DNA from: Bradymonadia bacterium
Lineage (GTDB): Bacteria; Myxococcota_A; Bradymonadia; UBA7976; UBA1532
Assembly: GCA_049318805.1 (NCBI GenBank)
Contig: JBMOFP010000001.1
Location: 61,247 to 125,246, forward strand
Direction of reading: 5' to 3'
DNA length: 64,000 bases
The translations under genes and the position numbers were made by a program. Shown here piece after piece: positions 54,153 to 61,400 of this stretch (position 1 is its first letter; the number at the start of each line of letters is the position of its first letter). Under the pieces are notes generated by a model. The model saw nothing but the letters and a program-made list of their open reading frames with translations. It had not been told where the DNA came from and made no database searches.

Positions 54153-54838
54153 AGCGCGCGCGACTGCACACTCACTTCGGCCTCCTCGCGCTCCTCGTCG
54201 GCTTCGGCTGCCGACCCGACCCCGGCGCCGAGGACTACGCGAGCCAGGAGGCGTTCCGCTTCGACGCGGGTGATCCGCGCCCCGAGGCCTACGTCGAAGG
54301 GCCGGACCCCTGGCGCGAAGGCGAGCCGCGCTTCGGGCTCGGGCTGTTCTACGAGGACGGCCGTACCGAAGAGGTCGTCATCGACGACGTCGCCGCACAC
54401 TTCTACATCTACGAGAATACGTTCACCGTGGTGGCTGCGGACAATGGGCAGCGAGAGGGCCTGTCGGTCGACCAGATCGTCCACGCGGGCACGCCGTGGT
54501 GGGGCGGGGGCGTTCACCTCGAGGCACCGCGAGACCTTTCGGCGTGGAAGACCCTGCACGTCTCGCTTCGGTCGTCAGATGGTGCGTTTCGCACCGTTTC
54601 CCTCGGCATGACGAGTGGCGCCGAGGGCAGCCCGGACAACGCCTCGGCGAGCGTCGACGCGACCGAGTACGGCTACGAGAACGACGGCCGCTGGCACGAC
54701 CTGAAGATCCCGATCGCGGACCTCGTCGCGAAGGGGCTCGACCCCGCGGCGGTGACGGTCGTGCTGCTGCTCGGCGGCGGCAGCGGGACCACGGCGGAGT
54801 CGCTGGCGATCGACGCGCTGTACCTGACTCAGGACTGA
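54149..54838 (+). CDS. Lipoprotein with galactose-binding-like/CBM module
   Basis: Lipobox GFGC; WWGGG..PRDLSAWKTLHVSL, DGRWHDLKIPIADL..GLD and IDALY pattern typical of CBM11/CIA30-like jelly rolls; ATGA overlap. Confidence 0.7.
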   Translation: MKRARLHTHFGLLALLVGFGCRPDPGAEDYASQEAFRFDAGDPRPEAYVEGPDPWREGEPRFGLGLFYEDGRTEEVVIDDVAAHFYIYENTFTVVAADNGQREGLSVDQIVHAGTPWWGGGVHLEAPRDLSAWKTLHVSLRSSDGAFRTVSLGMTSGAEGSPDNASASVDATEYGYENDGRWHDLKIPIADLVAKGLDPAAVTVVLLLGGGSGTTAESLAIDALYLTQD

Positions 54839-54848
54839 CGACGCGGGT

Positions 54849-55541
54849 CTATTCGAGCTCGTCCTTCGCGAAGAGTCCGGCGCCCCCGGAGACGAACGTC
54901 CCGGTCGGGTCGACGGAACCGACACGCTCGAAGGTCGAGAGCACGCCGTCGCAATCGAGGTCACCGAAAGCTCGGGCCGTAAACTGACCGCCTTCGGAGA
55001 TGAACTCATACTGGTAGTAGTGCGCGTCCGGGATGGCGAAGTTCAGCTCGACCCACGTGGGGTGTGCCCAGTCCGCCGGATTGGCTGTCATTTTCACGCT
55101 CTTGCCCTCGAAACACGCCGTGCGGCCCACGGGCGTGAGCGGTGCGGTCGCCGGGAACCGGCCGTGTAGGTTCCAGTAAGTGATGGCACTGTCGAAGAGA
55201 ATCCGAAGATTCATGACCGCCTCTGCGGTCTTCGCGCGACGAAGATACTTGAGGAACGCCGGGACCGCGGCCGCCGCCAGGACCCCGGATGCCGCGACCC
55301 ACAGGCCCGTCGAGTCGTTCAGAGCGTCGAGGGACGCGGCCCCGTACTCGCTCTGCGGTGACGCCACGAAGCTCTCTTCGTACGCCTTCCGCGCGGCGAA
55401 CTGGTCACCCGCCAGCTCGTGAGCGACAGCGACCTCGAACTGACGTCGGGCGCTCTCTCCGTCGTTTGCGGGCGTTCCGCCGCATGCGATGACCAGGGTG
55501 GCGACCGCCGAGGCGACCTTGGGACCGAGGCGCGAAGTCAC
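54849..55541 (-). CDS. Putative lipoprotein with TPR-like segment fused to a type IV pilin-like body
   Basis: VIAC lipobox, then LAAAAVPAFLKYLRRAKTAEAVMNL..YYQY..A.GDLDCDG (myxobacterial pilin pattern); GTGA overlap. Confidence 0.7.
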   Translation of the reverse strand: MTSRLGPKVASAVATLVIACGGTPANDGESARRQFEVAVAHELAGDQFAARKAYEESFVASPQSEYGAASLDALNDSTGLWVAASGVLAAAAVPAFLKYLRRAKTAEAVMNLRILFDSAITYWNLHGRFPATAPLTPVGRTACFEGKSVKMTANPADWAHPTWVELNFAIPDAHYYQYEFISEGGQFTARAFGDLDCDGVLSTFERVGSVDPTGTFVSGGAGLFAKDELE

Positions 55542-56968
55542 AGCGATCTCCACGACGAAAGAATGCGGAGTACAGAGCCCTCGGATTGAAATCCGACCTC
55601 GAAGCTCCGCGTGAGTGAGGCGTTGAGGCGCAGCAATGCGAGCCAATCGAACCGCGACTGTGCCGGATTACCTTCGGTCGTCGCTTCTCCGGTGACCGAC
55701 GGGATCATTCGAATCGAAGGGAAGTGCCCGCCCAAGGCAACCGAACGGTCTGCGAGCGCCGACGAAACTTGCAACGGCCGGACCTGACGCGTCACGCGGC
55801 GCGCCAGGTCCGCTGCGGAGAGTGTCAACACCAGTGCCTCGTCCACGACGGCGAAGTGAACGGTCAGAAAGTTTCGAGCACCGAGTGGATCCGTCTCGGA
55901 GAGAGTAAGCCGTCCATTCTCCATCAGCACGTCGGAACCGTACTCCAGTAGCAAGGCCTTCAAGGCACCCATCAGCTCCGGCACCGCGCTCGGATCCTTC
56001 AAACCCAGAAGAAACACGAAGTTGCCGATCCCACCGTCGCTCGTGACGCCCACCTCGCCGGTGAGGGCCTTGGCCGCCGTGGCCGCGAGCTGAATCGACG
56101 TGGGGGTCCCGTTAGCCATACCGGGCAGCGTCGCGAGCCTCTCCGCGTTTGCCGAGAGCTTGAGGACCCACCCGCCTCGCGTGTCGACCAGGTGGTTGAC
56201 CGCCGAGGGCCCGGGCGGGAGCTTCAGCGTTTGCCCAATCGAGACGAGCATCGGCGCCATTTCGATGCGGAGGTCGAGGCGTTGCACGCCGCCGTCGCGT
56301 ACCAGGTTGACCGTGGCCGTTCTCAAGACCTGCGAGAACTCCCTGCTGGCCCGCGTGTCCACAAAGGCCGAGAGAGTGACCTTCTGCCCCGTGTCGACGC
56401 TGGCGAGTGCGTCCGGACGCTTCCCGGGAGGGGGCGGGACCGTGTCGGTGTCACAAACGAGCCAGGGTCGGTGGTCCGCGCATCGAAGGTACGACTGACC
56501 GACTCGGTCCTTGAGCTCGAGGCCCGAGGGCTGAACAACGACGTCCAGCAAGAGTGCGTTGAGCACCGGGGCGAGAGACACCACGCCTTGAGATGCGGCC
56601 TGGCTGCCGATGACGAGCCGAACCGGCTTTCGCCCAGTCTGCTCTTGCCCATCGTACACGATGACGGTGACCGACCGACTCGAGTCGAGCCCGTGGGGCC
56701 AGTCGCCGGTGCCTGGTCGCAGCCCTCCGACCTCGAATGCCCGCAGACGCGCGACCCAATTCTTGACCGCATCATTCTTGGCGAAGCGCGCTTCGACCTC
56801 GTCGATGGAGCCCTTCGCGAATTGGTGAAGGTTGCTGTGGACGACAAGGAGCGTGCCCTCCGGCGCGAACTGCAGCGGATCCGAGGCTTCCGCGGCTCGG
56901 GCAGCCCACGGCAGTAGAGTGGTGAGCACGAGGACGGCGGAGCGGAGCAAGAGGGCATGCGGGCGCAT
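55538..56968 (-). CDS. Secreted hypothetical protein
   Basis: Signal peptide (..PWAARA-A); 476-aa ORF with visibly weaker GC3 bias. Confidence 0.6.
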   Translation of the reverse strand: MRPHALLLRSAVLVLTTLLPWAARAAEASDPLQFAPEGTLLVVHSNLHQFAKGSIDEVEARFAKNDAVKNWVARLRAFEVGGLRPGTGDWPHGLDSSRSVTVIVYDGQEQTGRKPVRLVIGSQAASQGVVSLAPVLNALLLDVVVQPSGLELKDRVGQSYLRCADHRPWLVCDTDTVPPPPGKRPDALASVDTGQKVTLSAFVDTRASREFSQVLRTATVNLVRDGGVQRLDLRIEMAPMLVSIGQTLKLPPGPSAVNHLVDTRGGWVLKLSANAERLATLPGMANGTPTSIQLAATAAKALTGEVGVTSDGGIGNFVFLLGLKDPSAVPELMGALKALLLEYGSDVLMENGRLTLSETDPLGARNFLTVHFAVVDEALVLTLSAADLARRVTRQVRPLQVSSALADRSVALGGHFPSIRMIPSVTGEATTEGNPAQSRFDWLALLRLNASLTRSFEVGFQSEGSVLRILSSWRSL

Positions 56969-57109
56969 GGCGGAGGCGATACACCGCCGCCGACGCCCCT
57001 GCAAGGACCTGTTGACGGCCAAGGACTACGCTGCCCCGGCGAGTCTCGCGGGGAATCGCCGGAAAGTCCCCGGCGCGGTGCCCGCGTCCTGCGACCTCCC
57101 GTTGTGAGC

Positions 57110-57376
57110 CTACTTGAGCTGACTGTCTTTGCTGCCGCGCCGATTGTAGAGCCCGTGGGCGCGCGCCTCGGCGTCGTTCGCTGATTGGCACGGCACGCAC
57201 CGGCGCACGCCGGGGACCGCCCGGCGTCGGGCCTCGGGAATCGGTGCTTCGCAGTCCTCGCACAGCGCCAGGCTGGGGCCGCGCGCGAGGCGGCTCCGCG
57301 CGCGGGCGACCTCGCTCTCGACCGTGGCGTCGACCTGCTCCTGAACCGCGCCGTCCGGCGCCCAACCCGAGGCCAT
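57110..57376 (-). CDS. ybiI: DksA/TraR C4 zinc-finger protein, YbiI type
   Basis: MASGWAPDGAVQEQVD, CEDCEAPIPEARRRAVPGVRRCVPCQ and NRRGSKDSQLK motifs. Confidence 0.93.
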   Translation of the reverse strand: MASGWAPDGAVQEQVDATVESEVARARSRLARGPSLALCEDCEAPIPEARRRAVPGVRRCVPCQSANDAEARAHGLYNRRGSKDSQLK

Positions 57377-57480
57377 GCGACTCTCCTGCGAGGGGGGCGC
57401 ACAGCATAGCGCGGTCCGGCGGTCGCGGCGCGGTGAAGGCCGTGCTTGTCCACGGGGGCGCGTGTCGCCATGCTTCGCGC

Positions 57481-60204
57481 ATGCGGATTCGAAAGCCCTC
57501 CTCGATGCTCGTCGGCGTGTCCGGACTCTTTGGGGTCGCCCTCGCGGCGTGCGGGGACGACGGCGGCGCGTCGTCGCCGACGCCGGACGCGGCGCGCCCG
57601 TCGGACGCGGCGCGCCCGTCGGATACGACACGGCCCGACGCGACGCCCCCGGTCCGCGAGGATGCGGCGCTTCCGTCTCCCGACACGATGCCGCCGCCCG
57701 ATCCGTGTGCGGCGCTGGCCGCCGAGACGACGGTGGGCGGATGGCGCGTCGTCATCGACGGCGCGACGTGGTCCGTCACACCGCCCGGGGCGTCCGCGCC
57801 CGTGCTGAGCGGGCCGACGGGCTGCGTCGTCGGCGATCCGGCGGTCGAGAGCGCGACCGGTGCGCCGGACGTCGAGTCGAACTACGGCGCGTTCAAGATC
57901 AAGCTCGAGGGTGTGGGGAGCGAGATGGTGTGGCGCGCGGCGAGTGGCCCGCGCCTCGAGGTGCGCGAAGGCGAGGGCGTGCGGCTCGTCGCGGAGGGCG
58001 GCGAGGTGTTGCGGTTCGAGGCCGATCCGGCGCGGCCCGACCATCTCTGGCTGCGCGCCGAGGCGGCCGCGGAGCCCGACACGAACACACCCCCGACCGG
58101 CGTCGGCCTTCGCGTGGCTTGCGCGCCGGGCGAGGCGTTCTTTGGCCTGGGCACGCAGGCGGTGGACCTCGACCTGCGGGGACGCGCCTATCCGCTGTGG
58201 ACGCAAGAGCAAGGCATCGGCAAGCCCGAGGGCGGCCTGGGTTTCCCGTTGCGCAACGTGCCCGAGGCGGCCTACGCACCCATGGGCGTGTGGCACGCGC
58301 TGCGCCTCGAGGACGGCGCGCCCGTAGGGTACGGCGCGATCGTCGAGCGCGACGAGTTCGCGGAGTTGGACCTGTGCAAGGCCGAGGCGACGCGTGTGCG
58401 GCTTCGGACCGTGCACCCGACGGCGGGCTTGCTGCTCGTGCCCGGCGACACACCGCGGGCGCGCCTGACCGCCGTGACGGCCGTGGTCGGCCGCTTGCCC
58501 GACGCGCCCCCCGACTGGGTCTTCGCCCCCTGGAACGACTCGGTCGGCGGTCCGGTGCGCCTGCGTGAGGTCGCCGAGACGCTCCGACGCGAGGGCGTAC
58601 CGTCGTCGGCCCTCTGGGCAGAGGACTGGATCGGCGGCGAGGACGCCGGCTTCGGCTACCGACTCTCGTATGCCTGGGCCTGGGACCCGACCCGTTACCC
58701 CGACCTCGCGGGGGACGTCGCCTGGCTGCACGCGAACGGCTTCGCTTTCCTGGCCTACTTCAACCCCTTCGTGCCCGAGACCACGGCGATGTTCGCCGAG
58801 GGGGTCGAGGGCGACTTCCTCATCAAGGACACGGACGGCGAGCTCGTCACGTTCTTCGACCCCGCTTTTCGCAACACCTCGCTCGTCGATCTGTCTCATC
58901 CCCCCGCGGTCGATTGGCTCAGGGGTTACCTCGAGCGCGCGGCCGCGCCCGTCGAGGCCGGGGGCCTCGACATCGACGGCTGGATGGCGGACTTCGCCGA
59001 GTGGCTGCCGGTTCAGACGCTGCTCCGCAGCGGGGAGACGGGCTGGGCAGCCCACAACCGCTATCCCTTGATGTGGCAGTCCATCAACCGCGACGCGTTG
59101 GCGAGCGCCCGTGGGGCGGGCCGGTGGGTCTACTTCGCGCGGTCCGGCTGGGCCTCGACCCAGGGGGGAACGAGCGGACTGGCACCGACCGTGTGGGGCG
59201 GTGACCAGAACACCGACTGGGGCTACGACGACGGCCTCCCGACCGTCGTGCCCATCGGGGCCCACGTGGGCCTCGGCGGGGTGTCGATCTTCGGCAGCGA
59301 CGTGGGCGGATACACCTCGGTCATGATCCCGCCGACCACGAAGTCCCTCTTCTTCCGATGGACCGGACTCGCGGCGTTCACGCCCCTCATGCGTACGCAC
59401 CATGGCTCGACCGAATGCCGAAACTGGAGCTTCGACCGCGACCCCGAGACGCTGGCGCACTATCGGCGCTACGCGAGCATTCACACCCGTCTGTTCCCCT
59501 ACCTGCGGGACTTGTTGGCGGATGCCCTCGCGTCGGGGTGGCCATTGATGCGCCACCCGGCGTTGGTGGAGCCGGCCGCGCCGAACCTGTGGGCGCCGGG
59601 CGAGCGTGCGTTCTTCCTGGGGGATGACCTCTTTGTTTCGCCCGTGGTCGACGAAGGGGCCGAGGACTGGCCCGTGACGTTGCCGCCGGGCGCGTGGTGG
59701 CCGCTCCTGGGCGGGGCCGTGGTGCAAGGGGGCGTAGACGTCGTTCGGGCGGCCCCGCTCACCGAGGTGCCGGTCTTCGTGCGCGCGGGCACCGCCCTCC
59801 CCCTGCTCACGGACACACCCGTCACTCTGTACCCGCTCGCGGACGACGCCGAGGCGGGCCTCCAGGGGCTGGAGGCCGCGCGACTCCGAATCACCATCGC
59901 GCTCTACCCCGAGGCCGACGGCCGCGTGCGCCCCCAGCGCCTGCGGGGGCTCTACGGGGCCGACGACGCGGGCCCCGAGGTGCACGCCGAGGGCCTACCG
60001 GAGACCGGCGAGGCTGTGGTCGTCGGCCCGGGCGAGGCCGCGCTCGGCGCGTCCGGCAGGGTCTTCGTGCGCGGGGGCCCCGTCGACGTCACCTACACCT
60101 TCGTGGTCGGCGGGGCGGCCTGGGGCGAGCTGCGGGCGTCGACGCCCGTGGGCGACCCGAACCCCGACATCCCGCCGCCCTGCGAGGTGGGCCGCGAAGA
60201 CTGA
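57481..60204 (+). CDS. GH31 alpha-glycosidase lipoprotein, YihQ-like
   Basis: Lipobox LAAC, WTQEQGIG, nucleophile GWMADFAE, HNRYP, acid/base WGGDQ, SDVGGY and PLMRTH. Confidence 0.88.
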   Translation: MRIRKPSSMLVGVSGLFGVALAACGDDGGASSPTPDAARPSDAARPSDTTRPDATPPVREDAALPSPDTMPPPDPCAALAAETTVGGWRVVIDGATWSVTPPGASAPVLSGPTGCVVGDPAVESATGAPDVESNYGAFKIKLEGVGSEMVWRAASGPRLEVREGEGVRLVAEGGEVLRFEADPARPDHLWLRAEAAAEPDTNTPPTGVGLRVACAPGEAFFGLGTQAVDLDLRGRAYPLWTQEQGIGKPEGGLGFPLRNVPEAAYAPMGVWHALRLEDGAPVGYGAIVERDEFAELDLCKAEATRVRLRTVHPTAGLLLVPGDTPRARLTAVTAVVGRLPDAPPDWVFAPWNDSVGGPVRLREVAETLRREGVPSSALWAEDWIGGEDAGFGYRLSYAWAWDPTRYPDLAGDVAWLHANGFAFLAYFNPFVPETTAMFAEGVEGDFLIKDTDGELVTFFDPAFRNTSLVDLSHPPAVDWLRGYLERAAAPVEAGGLDIDGWMADFAEWLPVQTLLRSGETGWAAHNRYPLMWQSINRDALASARGAGRWVYFARSGWASTQGGTSGLAPTVWGGDQNTDWGYDDGLPTVVPIGAHVGLGGVSIFGSDVGGYTSVMIPPTTKSLFFRWTGLAAFTPLMRTHHGSTECRNWSFDRDPETLAHYRRYASIHTRLFPYLRDLLADALASGWPLMRHPALVEPAAPNLWAPGERAFFLGDDLFVSPVVDEGAEDWPVTLPPGAWWPLLGGAVVQGGVDVVRAAPLTEVPVFVRAGTALPLLTDTPVTLYPLADDAEAGLQGLEAARLRITIALYPEADGRVRPQRLRGLYGADDAGPEVHAEGLPETGEAVVVGPGEAALGASGRVFVRGGPVDVTYTFVVGGAAWGELRASTPVGDPNPDIPPPCEVGRED

Positions 60205-60254
60205 TCTGGGCCCGCGGAGGCCCTGGTTCACACCACGAAAGACGAGGAGCCCGC

Positions 60255-61400
60255 GTGGCGGAGACAGAGGACTGGGTCGAGCTCGGGTCCGCGGAGGCGC
60301 TTGCGCTTCGCCCCCTGCAGACCGTGACGGCGCGGCGCACACGCATCGCGCTCTCCTTTCGAGACGGCGCCTTCGCGGCGATCTCGGGGGTGTGCAACCA
60401 TGTCGGTGGGCCACTGGGGGACGGCGCGCTCGTGGGCGACTTCGTGGAGTGCCCCTGGCACTTCTGGAAGTTTCACCACCGCACGGGGCTGGGCGAAGCG
60501 GGCTTCGAGGCCGACGCCGTGCCCGCCTACGCCGTGAAGGTCGACGGGGGGCGCGTCTTCGTCGATCTGGCCAGCGCCACACGGCGTTCCAAGGCACCCC
60601 ACGCGCCGCATCCCCTGGCGCGCCCCGTCTCGCGTGCGCCGGGGCCCGTGCGGATCGTCGGCATCTCCACCACGGCCATGACCGCGGACCATCCGCGCTA
60701 CAGCACCTCGGAGGCGCTGCTCGAAGAGGCGTTGAAGCACGCCGACGCCCGAGGCGCCGAGACCCGCCTGCTTCGGCTGCGCGACCTGTCTTTCCGCGCC
60801 TGCGAGGGCTTCTACTCGAAGTCCGCGCGGGCCTGCACCTGGCCGTGCTCGATCACGCAGATGGACCCCGCGGACCAGCTCGACCAGGTCTACGAGGCCC
60901 TGGTGCACTGGGCCGACGTGTACCTGATCGCGACCCCGATCCGCTGGGGCGCCGCGAGCAGCCTGTACTTCAAGATGGTCGAGCGGATGAACTGCATCCA
61001 GAACCAGGAGACCATCGCCGAGCGCACGCTCCTGAAGAACAAGACCGCGGGTTTCATCATCACGGGCGGCCAGGACAACGTGCAGGGCACCGCGGGCCAG
61101 ATGCTGGGCTTCTTCGCGGAGTTGGGCGTGCAGTTCCCGCAGTACCCGTACATCGCGCACTCCCGCGGGTGGAGCGCCGAAGACATGGAGAACAATCAGC
61201 GGGCCGTCCAGACGAACGAGGCGCTGCGCGAGGGCGCGCGGGCGCTCGCCGACCGGTGTGCCGACCTCGCGGAGACCCTGCTGCAGGGCACGCAGGGCGT
61301 GGCCGCCCGCGTCCGTGGCGGGCGCAAGGCCTACAGGGCGGCGCTCACCGACGCGCCATCCGCCACGCAAGCGCCTGACGATCCCACCACACCAACGTAG
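60255..61400 (+). CDS. Rieske [2Fe-2S] ferredoxin fused to a flavodoxin-like/NADPH-dependent FMN reductase domain
   Basis: CNH..GPL..CPWH Rieske motif, then STT..STS, CEG..CTWPC and ATPIRWG; GAGGAG RBS before the GTG. Confidence 0.85.
   Translation: MAETEDWVELGSAEALALRPLQTVTARRTRIALSFRDGAFAAISGVCNHVGGPLGDGALVGDFVECPWHFWKFHHRTGLGEAGFEADAVPAYAVKVDGGRVFVDLASATRRSKAPHAPHPLARPVSRAPGPVRIVGISTTAMTADHPRYSTSEALLEEALKHADARGAETRLLRLRDLSFRACEGFYSKSARACTWPCSITQMDPADQLDQVYEALVHWADVYLIATPIRWGAASSLYFKMVERMNCIQNQETIAERTLLKNKTAGFIITGGQDNVQGTAGQMLGFFAELGVQFPQYPYIAHSRGWSAEDMENNQRAVQTNEALREGARALADRCADLAETLLQGTQGVAARVRGGRKAYRAALTDAPSATQAPDDPTTPT

Noticed and set aside
54849-56968. Possible genomic island or prophage because of weaker codon bias and neighbouring ybiI
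   Set aside because: No integrase, att repeats, tRNA or phage genes; kept only as a compositional remark.
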